Shown here piece after piece: positions 1 to 16,313 of a stretch of DNA of 64,000 nucleotides. The notes beneath the pieces were generated by a model. It made no database searches and was not told the DNA's origin. It was given only the letters and a program-made list of their open reading frames with translations. The DNA is taken from assembly GCF_009914755.1 (NCBI RefSeq), contig NC_060935.1. The stretch is one strand, 5' to 3'. Every line of letters begins with the position of its first letter. Position 1 is the stretch's first letter. Source of the stretch: the human T2T-CHM13v2.0 reference genome, Homo sapiens. The translations under genes were made by a program, and so were the position numbers.

Positions 1-1374
1 AAGAGGTCCTTCACATCCCTTGTAAGTTGTATTCCTAGGTATTTTTTTCTCTTTGTACCAATTGTGAATGGGAGTTCACTCATGATTTGGCTCTCTGTTT
101 GTCTTTTATTAGTATATAGGAATGCTTGTGATTTTTGCACATTGATTTTGTATCCTGAGACTTTGCTGAAGTTGCTTATCAGCTTAAGGAGTTTTGGGGC
201 TGAGACGATGGGGTTTTCTAAATATACAATCAAGTCATCTGCAAACAGAGACAATTTGACTTCCTGACTTCCTATTTGAATACGCTTTACTTCTTTCTCT
301 TGCCTGATTGCCCTGGCCAGAACCTCCAACACTATGTTGAATAGGAGTGGTGAGAGAGGGCATCCTTGTCTTGGGCTGGTTTTCAAAGGGAATGCTTCCA
401 GCTTTTGCCCATTCAGTATGATATTGGCTGTGGGTTTGTCATAAATAGCTCTTATTATTTTGATATATGTTCCATCAATACCTAGTTTATTAAGTGTTTT
501 TAGCGTGAAGGGGTGTTGAATTTTATTGAAGGCCTTTTCTGCATCTATTGAGATAATCATGTGGTTTTGTCATTGGTTCTGTTTATGTGATGGGTTACGT
601 TTATAGATATGCGTATGTTGAACCAGCCTTGCATCCCAGGGATGAATCCGACTTGATTGTGGTGGATAAGCTTTCTGATGTGTTCCTGGATTCAGTTTGC
701 CAGTATTTTATTGAGGATTTTTGCATCAATGTTCATCAGGAATATTGGCCTGAAATTTTCTTTTCTTGTTGCGTCACTGCCAGGTTTTGGTGTCAGGATG
801 ATGCTGGCCTTGTAAAATGAGTTAGGGAGGAGTCCCTCTTTTTCTATTGTTTGGAATAGTTTCAGAAGGAATGGTACCAGCTCATCTTTATGCCTCTGGT
901 AGAATTCGTCTGTGAGTCCACCTGGTCCTGGGCTTTTTTTGGTTGATAGGCTATTAATTACTGTTTCAATTTCAGAACTTGTTATTTGTCTATTCAGGGA
1001 TTCAACTTCTTCCTGGTTTAGTTTTGGAAGGGTGTATGTATCCAGGAATTTATCCATTTCTTCTAGATTTTCTAACTTACTTGCATATAGGTGTTTATAG
1101 TATTCTGTGATGGTAGCTTGTATTTCTATGGGATCAGTGGTGATATTCCCTTTACCATTTTTTGTTGTGTCTCTTTGATTCTTCTCTCTTTTCTTCTTTA
1201 TTGGTCTAGCTAGACGTCTATTATGTTCATCTTTTCAAATAACCAGATCCTGGGTTCATTGATTTTTTAGGGTTTTTTGTGTCTTTATCTCCTTCAGTTC
1301 TGCTCTGATCTTAGTTATTCCTTGTCTTCTGCTAGCTTTTGAATTTGTTTGCTCTTGCTTCTCTAGTTCTTTTA
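1..1374 (-). mobile_element. LINE-1 (older L1PA7/8-like), ORF2 RT-region fragment; continues past the left edge
   Basis: ORF 692..1057 encodes L1 ORF2p ([22 protein letters not shown]...ENFRPI). Frameshifts and stops are present. The sequence resumes colinearly at 4628. Confidence 0.93.
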
Positions 1375-4627
<3,253 letters not shown>

Positions 4628-7600
4628 AGTTCTTTTAATTGAGCTGTTAGGGTGTTGATTTCAGATCTTTCCCACTTTCTGATGTGGGCATTTAATGCTA
4701 TAAATTTCCCTCTAAACACTGCTTTAGCTGTGTCCCAGAGATTCTGGTACATTCTATCTTTGTTCTCATTGGTTTCAAAGAACTTATTTATTTCTGCCTT
4801 AATTTTGTTATTTACCCAGTAGACATTCAGAAGCAGGTTGTTCAGTTTCCATGTAGTTATACAGTTTTGAGTGAGTTTCTTAATCCTGAGTTCTAATTTG
4901 ATTGCACTGTGGTCTGAGAGACTGTTTGTTAAGATTTCCGTTCTTTTGCATTTGCTGAGGAGTGCTTTATTTCCAATTTTGTGGTCAATTTTAGAATAAG
5001 TACAATGTGGTGCTGAGAAGAATGTATATTCTGTTGATTTGGGTTGGAGAGTTCTGTAGATGTCTATTAGGTCTGCTTGGTCCAGAGCTGAGTTCAAGTC
5101 TTGAATATCCTTGTTAATTTTCTGTCTCATTGATCTGTCTAATATTGACAGTGGGGTGTTAAAGTCTCCAACTATTATTGTGTAGGAGTCTAAGTCTCTT
5201 TGTAGGTCTCTAAGAACTTGCTTTATGAATCTGGGTGCTCCTGTATTGGGTGCATATATATTTAGGATAGTTAGCTCTTCTTGTTGTATTGATCCCTTTA
5301 CCATTATATAATGCCCTTATTTGTCTTTTTTTATCTTTGTTGGTTTAAAGTCTTTTATCAGAGACTAGGGTTGCAACCCCTGCTTTCTTTGCTTTCCATT
5401 TGCTTGGTAAATATTCCTCCATCCCTTTATTTTAAGCCTGTGTGTCTTTGCACATGAGATGGGCCTCCTGAATACAGCACACTGATGGGTCTTGACTCTT
5501 TATCCAATTTGCCAGTCTGTGTCTTTTAATTGAGGCATTTAGCCCATTTACATTTAAAGTTAATATTGTTACGTGTGAATTTGATCCTATCATCATGACG
5601 CTAGCTGGTTATTTTGCACATTAGTTGATGCAGTTTCTTCATAGCATTGGTCTTTATATTTTGGTATGTTTTTGCAGTGGTTGGTACCAGTTTTTCCTTT
5701 CCATATTTAGTGTTTCCTTCAGGAGCTCTTGTAAGGCAGGCCTGGTGGTGACAAAATCCCTCAGCATTTGTTTGTCAGTAAAGGATTTTATTTCCCCTTC
5801 GTTTATGAAGCTTAGTTTGGCTGGATACAAAATTCTGAGTTGAAAATTCTTTTCTTTAAGAATGTTGAATATTGGCCCCTACTCTCTTCTGGCTTGTAAG
5901 GTTTCTGCAGAGAGATCCACTGCTAGTCTGATGGGCTTCCCTTTGTAGATAACCTGATCTTTCCCTCTGGCTGCCCTTAACATTTTTTCCTTCATCTCAA
6001 CCTTGGTGAATCTGACAATTGTGTGGCTTGGGGTTGCTCTTCTCAAGGAGTATCTTAGTGGTGTTCTCTGTATTTCCTGAATTTGAATGTTGGCCTGTCT
6101 CTAGGTTGAGGAAGTTCTCCTGGGTAATATCCTGAAGTGTGTTTTCCAACTTGGTTCCATTCTCCCCCTTACTTTCAGGTATACCAATCAATCGTAGGTT
6201 TGGTTTTTTCACATAGTTCCATATTTCTTGGAGGCTTTGTTCATTCCTTTTCATTCTTTTTTCTCTAATCTTGTCTTCACACTTTATTTCATTAAGTTGA
6301 TCTTCAATCTCTGATATTCTTTCTTCCACTTGGTTGATTTGGCTATTGATTCTTGTATATGCTTCACAAAGTTCTTATGCTGTGTTTTTCAGCTCCATCA
6401 GGTCATTTATGTTCTGCTCTAAACTGGTTATTCTAGTTAGCAGCTCCTGTAACCTTTTTTCAAGGTTCTTAGCTTCCTTACATTGGGTTAGAACATGCTC
6501 CTTTAGCTCAGAGGAGTTTGTTATTACTCACCTTCTGAAGCCTACTTCTGTCAATTCATCAAACTCATTCTCCATCCAGTTTTGTTCCCTTGCTGGTGAG
6601 GAGTTGTGATCCTTTGGAGAAGAAGAGGAATTCTGGTTTTGGGGGTTTTTCAGCATTTTTGTGCTGGTTTTTCCACATCTTTGTGGATTTATCTACCTTT
6701 GGTTTTTGATGTTGGTGACCTTTGGATGGGGTTTTTGCATGGGTGTCCTTTTTGTTGATACTGATGTTATTGCTTTCTGTTTGTTAGTTCTCCTTCTAAC
6801 AGGCCTCTCTTCTGCAGGTCTGCTGGAGTTTGCCGGAGGTCCACTTCAGACCCTGTTTGCCTAGATATCACCAGCGGAGGCTACAGAACAGCAAAGATTG
6901 CTGCCTGCTCCTTCCTCTGGAAGCTTCGTCCAGAGAGACACCCACCAGATGCCAGCTGGAGCTCTCCTGTATGAGGTGTCTGTTGACCCCTGCTGGGAGG
7001 TGTCTCCCAGTCAGGAAGCATGGGGAGGCAGTCTGTCCCTTAGCAGAGCTGGAGTGCTGTGCTGGGAGATCTGCTGGTCTGTTCAGAGCTGGCAGGCAGG
7101 AATCTTTAAGTGTGCTGAAGCTGCGCCCACAGGCTTACCTTCCCACAAGTGCTCTGTTCTAGGGAGATAGGAGTTTTATCTATAAGCCCCTGCTGGGGTG
7201 GCTGCATTTCTTTCAGAGATGCCCTACCCAGAGAGGAGGAATCTAGAGAGGCAGTCTGGCTACAGTGGCTTTGTCACACTGTGGTGGGTTCTACCCAGTT
7301 CATATTTCCCAGTGGCTTTGTTTACACTGTGAGGGGAAAACCACCTACTCACGCCTCAGTAATGGTGGAGGCTTCTCCCCCCACCAAGCTGGAGTGTCCC
7401 AGGTCAACTTCAGACTGCTGTACTGGCAGCGAGAATTTCAAGCCAGTGGATCTTAGCTTTCTGGCCTCCATGGGGGTGGGACCTACTGAGCAAGACCACT
7501 TGGTTCCCTGGCTTCAGCCCCCTTTCCAGGGGAGTGAATGGTTCTGTATCACTGGGGGTTCCAGGCACCACTGTGATACAAAAAAAAAAAAAAATCCTCC

Positions 7601-8003
7601 TGCAGCTAGCTCAGTGTCTGCCCAAACGGCCACCCAGTTTTGTGCTTGAAACCCAGGGCCCTGGTGGTGTAGGCACCCGAGGGAATCTCCTGGTCTTCAG
7701 GTTGCAAAAACCATGGGAAAAGCATAGTATCTGGGCCAGATACCACTGTCCCTCACTGCACAGTCCCTCATGGCTTCCCTTGGCTAGAGGAGGGAGTTCC
7801 CCAGCCCCTTGTGTTTCCCAGGTGAGGCAATGCCCCACCCTGCTTCTGCTTGCCCTCTGTGGGCTACAACCACTGTCTAATCAGTCCTAATGAGATGAAC
7901 CAGGTACCTCAGTTGGAAATGCAGAAATCACCTGCCTTCTGCATTGGTCTCACTAGGAGCTGCAGACCAGAACTGTTCCTAATTGGCCATCTTGCCCCCT
8001 CTC
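4628..8003 (-). mobile_element. LINE-1 (L1PA7/8-like) 5' part: 5'UTR, degraded ORF1, ORF2 endonuclease
   Basis: The minus strand begins GGGGCAAGATGGCC..AGGAACAG..CTGCAGCTCC (L1PA 5' end). ORF 5997..6329 is ORF1p-like (EERISEIEDQLNEIK...NLRLIG). ORF 3949..5304 is the EN domain ([24 protein letters not shown]). Confidence 0.93.
7985..7994 (-). promoter_or_regulatory. YY1 site of the L1 internal promoter (CAAGATGGCC)
   Basis: Exact motif at the 5' terminus of the L1, the established position of the YY1 site. Confidence 0.7.
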
Positions 8004-8209
8004 AAATTTTACTGATTTTATGAAGTCAAATTTATTAATTTTTTTTACTTTGCATCTGGATTTTAAGTCATTGTGAAAAAATTTTTTTCCCACACCCCAA
8101 ATTATGTAAGAATTTATTCATGCTTTCTTCTAGTACTTACATGGGTACAATTTTTACACTTAAGTCTTCAATCATTTGAGAATTTAATAAAAATATCAGT
8201 TTACCCTGT

Positions 8210-8720
8210 ACATCAGTTATTGATTGCCTCAATAATGTTGTATTAAAAATTAACTATAAAATGCCAGTGGCATGTAACAATAAGTGTTTAGTACTCATAA
8301 AAGCTTGATATCATAAACACTTGGAAACATGGGATTCCACCTCAGGCATCAGCTGGGTGTCAGCTAGATGTCTCTCCTGATCTTGACAGGGCTCGCCCAC
8401 AAATCTGAGGATCAGCTGACCAACACTGGCTTCTCATATAGGCTGGTTCCAATTGGAGCAATTAGAGCAATATGGCTCTGCTCTCCCAGCAGGCTACCAT
8501 GGGCATGTTCTCATGGCAATGGCACAAGCGCAACAGGGCAAGCTCCAAAGCATGGCCTTATTTCAAGCCTTTGCTTGTATAACATCTGCTGACACCCCAC
8601 TGATCAAGCCTGATCAAGCCCAGAGTAGAGAGGGGGGACACTAGAAAGCTGTATGGCAAGGACTTTGAATACGGGAAGGGGTAAAGAACTGAGGGCATCT
8701 TTGCAATATGCTACATCCTG
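8210..8720. mobile_element. Degenerate MaLR (MLT1-like) LTR relic
   Basis: General resemblance to MLT1 LTR starts (..cagtggc..aacaataag..tttag..ctcat). Boundaries approximate. Confidence 0.35.
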
Positions 8721-8969
8721 CAGTCTCCTAGATCTAGCTCATCCTAGATTTCTCCCTATCATCTCAGGCTTCTTGAGAGGGTCTTTATCATTCACTGTCT
8801 TCCTTGTGAGTCAGTCCATTGCAATTTGGCTTCCTCTCCTGATTATTCTACTACACTTGTTTTCAAAAAGTTGCCAGTGGGCTCTAAACTGCCAGTCCAA
8901 CATGCATTTTTTGGGTTCTTATATTATGTGACAGAACATGTTATTTGAGCATCAACCTGTCATACATTC

Positions 8970-9470
8970 TGTAAGCAGATCACACTTGTGCCAGGTATCC
9001 TCAGTCTCTCAATATCCACTCTCTAGCCCTCCCTCCCTGTTCTCTTCCACTATCTGGACCACATCAGTGCACTCCTGTGCCTTCTGGCTGCTGGTTGGCT
9101 TCAGCCTATGGAAATCCTTGGCAGGAGATTGAAGGGCAAAAGGAAAATAAGATCTAAGTATCTGCTTCCTTGGCTCCACACTGGTGAGGTTATCTGGGGC
9201 TGTCTGTAGCCTTGGTCACTGCTCTTCTCAAGGTGACCTACTCCATGTGACTTCTTCTCTTCCCCAATTATGGCCGCCTCTCCTTCCCTTCTTGTCTCCA
9301 GGCCTAAGGGGGGTGACAGCGAGCCACTAACTGCCCTGGGTTCCTGCACCACTCACATGGTCTTCCTACACCCTCCCACACCTATGAAAACATCCCTTTA
9401 TAAACACATCTTCCTCCCATTATGTGTCTCCTACTGAAACCCCAATTGATCCAATGTGGTGTCATTCATT
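8970..9470. mobile_element. Degenerate ERVL-type LTR relic (LTR33/LTR16-like)
   Basis: Motif cttctggctgctggttggcttcagcctatgg..ggcaggagattg resembles these families. Boundaries approximate. Confidence 0.3.
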
Positions 9471-10849
9471 GCTCCCCTCTCCCTCCCAGGAACATCCATT
9501 TGCATTTAGGACTTGAATGTTATTCCCTCTACTCAGCTAATCAAATCCAAAAAATTATATGGAGGCAGACGGGAAGAAAATGGAGAGACCCTCCCTTCCC
9601 TTTGAGATTCTAGGAACCGGGTGTCCTGAAAGGAAACAAAAACAAGCACACAGACAAAGCTAGGACTTTACGTAAGCCATGTGTGGTTCTCCCCGTGGCC
9701 TACAGAGCACAGCACTGGCACTTACATCCTTCCACCTCTGGACACGTGGCCTCTACCCACGCAGGCACTAGCAGCAGCAGGAGCAGCAGACATCCTGAGA
9801 CGCAAGGTCCACAACCCCAGACTCCTTTGGGCTGAATACAGGCTCTTGAGTTTCCATTCCTACCAGCAAGCAGTGAAGATATCCAGGATCGATTCTGGAA
9901 TTCATGTAAACACTCCAAGGAGTCTGAGAAATGTAAGAATAAGGAACCCTGGGAAAATTGGCCTTCCTGTTTATTTGGTAAATGAGACAGAGTCGTTGAA
10001 ATGTATGGTTCCTATGAAAAGTTAACTCAATTTTCATCCCAGCCTGTGAAGACATTTAGGCGATATTTACATGACCTTTCTCTTGTACTTGACCCTACTG
10101 ACCACTTCCTCCTTCTTGGGCCCCCTTTTCTCTGCCTGCCCCTTAAACATTGGTGAACCCAGGATTCTCTTCTCGGCCACTGCCCATTCCCCTGCTCTGT
10201 GTCCTCATAGTAATCTCTACTACTTTCATGATTTAACCTGAGGCTCCATTTTTTTCTCACAACACATTGTCTCAGGGACACGTGTTGGAAAAGTCCCAGG
10301 GCCAGACAAGGAACTTGGTGGCTCCTGGAGAAAGTTTAGTGTGCAGAGATAGGAAAACCCCAGGGGAAGACAATAATAGCCCACAGGACTGTGCCTGTTC
10401 TCTCTGACCTCCAGGGAGCTGAAGAAGCGCTGAGCAAGTCAGCTGAGACTCCTCTCACCTTAATGCCTTGAAAGAGGGTTAAAAACCACCTGCTGCTGCC
10501 ATGCTGCTGACACCAGAAGCCAGAAATGATACTTGTAGAAATGCATGGTCCAGAGATTATAGCACCTATGAACCTATCTAAGAAATACTTTACTCTCAAA
10601 AAAAATCCAAACACAAATAAAAGATGACGGAGAAAAGGAAGTGGTGAGCAACAAATATACACAAATCCAAATACGTATGTACCTATATGCATTCAGAGAT
10701 ATTTTATATATGCCTGTAAGTACGTATATATTGAAAATCAGCACCTGAAAACAAGTAATCCAAGAAATAAGGATCTTAAATAAAAGACACCTACGTACTG
10801 AAAGATAAATTCTAATAATAGCTTAGAATAAATGTACCAAACTCTCTCA

Positions 10850-11330
10850 GGAAAACCTGGGTGTTAAGATGGAGGGACATCAGTAAAAATGTTCAAAGGC
10901 ATCATTCAAGTTGGGGAAGAGAAAAGTCAGGAAGTAAAAATGTCCTAATGTTTCACCACACGCAAGGTGGAGAGAACGGTCAGATAACTGAGTGTCTTGA
11001 CAGAGGAAAAGTTGGCATTTGCTATCATTTAATAGTGATGAAGAAAATACGGATTTGGGTACTTAGAAATGGAACATTATCATTAATGGAATGGAAAATG
11101 ATAGTTGAACTCCCAAATTTAATAAGGGGGTTAAAGAGCAGTAAATAACAACTGAAAAATAAACAGCAACCAGCAAAAATAAGGAAAACGATGATTGGGA
11201 AACCACAAAATAAAATGAATAAAAAATACAAAATAAGGTAGAATGCTGTATAAAGTATAACAGTCATTACTCAGTGTGAATGAACTGAATGATCCTCTGA
11301 AAAACAGACACCATCGGATTGAAAAATATT
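10850..11330 (+). mobile_element. Ancient L1M fragment (inter-ORF/EN start)
   Basis: A-rich. The stretch gtcattactcagtgtgaatgaactgaatgatcctctgaaaaacagac resembles the degraded ORF2 start (ITLNVNGLN.P.KR). Confidence 0.4.
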
Positions 11331-13569
11331 TTTACAAATATGCGATCTAGAAAAGTCAAACAGCATACTTTGAACAGAGACAAAGAAAGGATGGAGGTGT
11401 TCAGTGTTGGTAACAAGGCCAACCAGATAGCCTAAAAATCCTCTGCCCCTAAAATCTAGAATGCTGTATAGGATGTAGCAAGCATGCCTCTGAATGCATA
11501 GCTGAGTTGATAACTTCTTTAGCCAAAAGTGAAGAGAGAATTGGAAACCAGAGTGCTAAGTATAGGCCGATGCTCCAGTTGATCTGACAGAGAGAGAGGT
11601 AGGCGAGAGGGGAAGGGTCCAACCTCTAAGAAAAGCACAGGGACTGGCCCCTGGGGAGAGGTATCAAACACACAGGCCCTTGCAAGGCAAACTGTCAGTC
11701 CTGACAGAAAGCCAGGCCCTTCAAGGGACCACATCCTCGGGGAAAGGACCAACACATGGAGACGGGGATGCTCATTTGTCTTAATCTGATGTCCACGTGA
11801 TTTTAGACCTTCTCTTGTCTCTCAATGAAGTCTTGCCATTTAACTCATAAAGGTCTTGCCCATTGTTTTCTCTTGTTTCGTTGTTGTCGTCACTATTATA
11901 AAGATGCCTTTTAAAACACGTTGTTTTGTTGCTGGTATAAAGAACTCCATCCACCTTGGGTTCAGCAATCTTGCTTGGTTCTCTTACTGTTTCCAATGGT
12001 TTGTCCATAGATTCTCACAGATTTTATATATAGATATTCATATCACTTGAAAATAATCAATGTTTTATTTTACTTTCTTTTAACCTTTTCTTGATTTACT
12101 TTTTAACCACATCAGTTGGATTTTCAGCCCAATATTTCATGGTGGCACTGATGCCATTTCTTTTCTTATTCTAGGCTTCAGAAGGACTGTTGCTCATGAT
12201 TCCCCACAAATCATAACAGCTTCTGTAGGCTTCAGTAGACACTCAGTTCTGCATCAGCACCTTCAAGCTCAGCCCTGGCCTCCCGAGGACAGCTGTGCTG
12301 AGCTGCTCATCCATGCTGGAACCCTCTCACCAACCCATCCTTTATCTCCCTGGTGAATGGAGAGTCCTCCAGCCCAATCAAAAAGCACAGGCAGCCAGTG
12401 GGTCTTCTGGTATTCTAGAGTAGATCCATTCTAGCACGCCCATTTCCCTAAGCCTTTGGATCCCTTCAGCCATGATCTGCAAGGGAGTTCTGACACATCT
12501 ATTTCATTTCATGTGGGCCGTCATTCTCAACAAGCCTCTAGGAACCACTCAGCAGCCATAAGAATTGCCTTATGGGGCCCTGGCAAGATTATTAAAACCT
12601 GTATCACTGGTGGGTGCCCCCATAACAACAAACTCTCCCCTGAAGAGCTTTCTAGTCTGGCCCCCTTGGCCCAGGACCCTCAGGATTCACCCCCAAGCAC
12701 ACTCCCTGGTCTGTGCCCAACACACACTAGCCAGATCCTTCAGCTCCTTGAAGAAATCCCTCTCCTCTCTTAGCAGAACCAATGCTTGCCTAGGGGGATA
12801 TGCTGAGCTTTGATTCTCTTATTGGTCTAAGTGATAAGAAGGGACAAATGGGGCATCTGTGGATGGGAAAGCTGCTGAGGAAGTCAAGAACTTCTTGTAG
12901 AATACCTGCTTCATTTGAAGCATCTGCCTGTTCTTCAAGCAAGGAGGGGTTTCTGTCTTCCAGAAACGGGGAAAGGCCATTTTGGCAGGACCAGAAGTTT
13001 TGGGGAATCTGGAGACTCAAAGCCTTCCAACACATTTCTCTCTCTTTTCCCATCCCAGATGGTGGGTCTCAGTCTTTTCCTATTAGACCCTGACTTTGGC
13101 ATATGAGACTCATCTGGTCTGAGATTCAGCCTGCTCCAGAATTCTTCTTCTCTAACAGTTAAGTCCTGGGTCTGGTCTTCAGCTTGTTCTGCCCTCCTGC
13201 TGCATATGGGAGTCTCTTTAAGGCCACCAAGGAGGCATGCTGACTCTCCTTTGCTTTAAATTGGAGATTGGCTGCCCTGGTCCTGCCTTTCCTCTCTTCA
13301 AAGCCTCAAGGGCATTCGGCCACTCCATCCCACAGTTCCTATCAGTGGTCTTTCTTCAGAACCTCTCAAATATAAGATGTTCTATGAACCAGTATATCCC
13401 TTTTCCTTGTACCTTCCCTGAGTTCTACATGGGTGGCCATCTTAGCAACTGCACTGCTAACACATACCAGCAACTGCTAATACTGTACCTGCCGCTATGA
13501 TGGGGTCCTTTTGCCAGCCAGTGGTGAGTGACCTAATTCCTGAGTTCCAACCTTAGAGTCCCCTGGCAT

Positions 13570-13990
13570 CCAGTCTTAGACTGGGTTCTCTAGGTGCAAA
13601 GCCTAAGCCAGGCAATGGGGTGGGGGGTGTTTTATTGTGGAAACTTCCAAGAAAAAAACTAAAGAAGTAAGGAAAGCTAGACAGGATTGGGGAAAGAAGT
13701 GATGAAGGATGTCATCTCAGGTGAATTCTAGCTGTGGCCTGATCCTGGAAAGCATCATAGAGACACCCTCTCTTTAAGGCAAGCAGGTGGCCTTTTGTAT
13801 CCCTGTGCCAGCCATTAGCTGAGGGTCACTCCTGGCAGAGGAGCTTGTCATTTCTTGGGCAAGGGGGCTCACGTCAGTGAAGGGCACCTCTCCAGTGATG
13901 AGCAGGGTGGGAGGCACCTGTGAACCATGGGCCACCAACATGCAAAGAAGCCAGGGGATGGGCACACCCATCTACTAGAGGGGAACTGGA
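13570..13990. mobile_element. Degenerate MLT1-like LTR relic
   Basis: Resemblance only (tcttagactgggttctct...aagcctaag...gtgttttatt). Confidence 0.3.
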
Positions 13991-14249
13991 TAGGACACTT
14001 TGGCACCCACAGTGCTCCTGAGCCCTAGAGCTATGATGTCCTGGGAAACTTCCACTCAGCAATCAGCTGTGCCATCAGAACTTCCCCTCTGCCTCCTAGC
14101 CCAAGATTTCTCAATAGTCACTGTCTCCACTTTCTCATCAACCCACTCCCACGGGGCTTCTGTCCCCACCGTGCCACTGAGGCCGCCTTGTCAACATCAT
14201 TAATTACCTACCTCTACACGACACTCAGCTGCTTGTGTGCACCCCTTCT

Positions 14250-15200
14250 CTTCTCTGTCTACCCTCCCCTTCTAGGATTTAAATACCATCTCTCTGAGGA
14301 CAATTCCCTAACCTGTATCTACACTGATAGGGTCCCTCTGGAATCCCAGGCCCACACATCTAGTGGCATCTGACCTGACATCTCCAATGGGAAGTTTAAG
14401 GACCGTTTCAGACCTTACAACTCTTGATGTCTGTCCCCTTTCATACCTCCTCCTCCCCCAGTCCTCTTTCTCAGTTGCTCAGGTCAAAAGCCAGAGTCAT
14501 TCTTGATTCCTCTCTTTTCTTCACTCTCACGGCAAGCTTTTCAGCAAGTCTGTCGCCCCTCCCACACAGATCCAAACTGGTCGTCTCCTCTCCGCCTCTG
14601 CTGTGGCTGTCCTGGTCTAAACGCTTCTCAGCTGGGACTGTGGATGGCATTGTCATCTCTCTGTTCCCTCTGCTCTCACCCTCCTATAGTCCGCTCTCCA
14701 CCAGCAGTCAGAGGGGTATTTCTAATACATAAATCAGATCAAGGCTTTGCCCAGCTTAAAACTCTCCGGTGACTTCCCAGCACCCCGAGAATACAATCTA
14801 ACCCTCCTTCCCTTTACAGAGCCCTAGTGTGTCATTCATCCTCTTCCGCTGCTCTCTCCTTCCCTTCCCACTCATGGCTCACTCTATTCCTCAAACAGAC
14901 CAAATCCACTCCTACCTTCAGGTCTGCAGAAACAGCACCTCTGCTTGGGAGGCTCTTCTCTGCTGAGCTGTACCTGACTGGCCCCTTCTCAACAATGTGA
15001 GGAGGCTTAAATGTGACTTCGAAGCCATCTTCCCTAGCCACCCAACCGAAAGCAAACCGCCCGTCACTCCACACCATCCTACTCAGTTCTACAACCCGCC
15101 TGTCACTCCACACCATCCTACTTGGTTCTCTGCATAATGCCCATGACACTTTCACAGGACTGGGTTGTTGATTGACTGGGTGACTGGCTGGATCCCTACA
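14250..15200 (+). mobile_element. L2 LINE relic
   Basis: L2 hallmarks: ttaaataccatct..., agagtcattcttgattcctctct, cagagggg..tttctaa..ataaatcagatca. Confidence 0.55.
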
Positions 15201-16005
15201 TTAGAATGTAGGCTGTGGGAAAGCCAGGCCTCTCTGCTGGTTCCAGGCCATTTCTCCCTCCTCACACTGCTCCTCTGAGACGTGTGCCTTTTGGGTTGGC
15301 CACCAACAGGACTGATGGGGGCTCCACTGCCAAGGGGCTTCCACACTAGTGAGGCGGACGCACAAGGAGCCGGTGAAACGAAGCGCAGTGGAAGGCTGTA
15401 CTGAGGTCAAGGAGCTGCCGCTGTGAAGGCCCACACCCACGAGAGGATGAAGGGGCCTCAGGTGTGAAGGGACACTTCCTGTTGCCCTTTGATGATTAAG
15501 GCCCCAAACTGAGGACACACAGGAGCTGAGCATCCCGCCCTGTCACGGAGCGCTGGTTACCTCCAGCACAGCTGAACAAGAGGCGGCACAGCTGGCCGTA
15601 GCAGCACACCAGGATGGCAGCAGGAAGGAGACGAAACAGAAGGTTGAAGTCCAGTCACTGGCCTTCTGAGGAGTGCCTGGAAGTGCTAAGAGGCGTTTCC
15701 CTCACCCTCCTTATGTGGGTGGAAAGGGCGTGCTTCTCCCTCAAAGCCAAGCGAGATAATGCTTCATAATGATCTGGCATAGAGAGGGGGACTGCCCGCA
15801 AGAAGGAGAAGGTGGCATTTCTCCTCGGAGGATGCCACTGAGCTGCAGACACCTGCACTCAGCCTGTGCTGCCAAGGCAGTCCCCGAAGACTTAGACGGG
15901 AGCCCTGTGCGTCTGCACAGACGTGTGTCTCCTGCCAAGAAAGGCTGCCTCCCTCCCTGCGGGCAGCTGCCTCAGAAAGGCCAAGGGATTTCCCCAAGGT
16001 CCCAC

Positions 16006-16313
16006 TTTTTTTTTTTTTTTTTTTTTGAGACGGAGTCTGGCTCTGTCGCCCAGGCTGGAGTGCGGTGGCGCCTCTCTGCTCACTGCAAGCTCCGCCTCCC
16101 GGGTTCACGCCATTCTCCTGCCTCAGCCTCCCGAGTAGCTGGGACTACAGGCGCCCGCCACCACGCCCGGCTAATTTTTTGTATTTTTTTTTTTTAGTAG
16201 AGACGAGGTTTCACTGTGTTAGCCAGGATGGTCTCGATCTCCTGACCTCGTGATCCGCCCGCCTCGGCCTCCGGAAGTGCTGGGATTACAGGCATGAGCC
16301 ACCACGCCCAGCC
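16006..16313 (-). mobile_element. Full-length AluY-like SINE
   Basis: T21 tail and dimeric Alu with AluY diagnostics (ctgcaagctccgcctcccgggttcacgccattct; gtgttagccaggatggtctcgatct). Confidence 0.95.

Noticed and set aside
7580-7594. A15 run as a separate retro-insertion
   Set aside because: Expansion of an A-run native to this L1 5'UTR; no TSD.
12260-13500. Possible ERVL/MaLR internal sequence
   Set aside because: Resemblance too weak to call without RepeatMasker.
15056-15127. 39-bp two-copy duplication
   Set aside because: Ordinary slippage inside an intergenic L2 relic.
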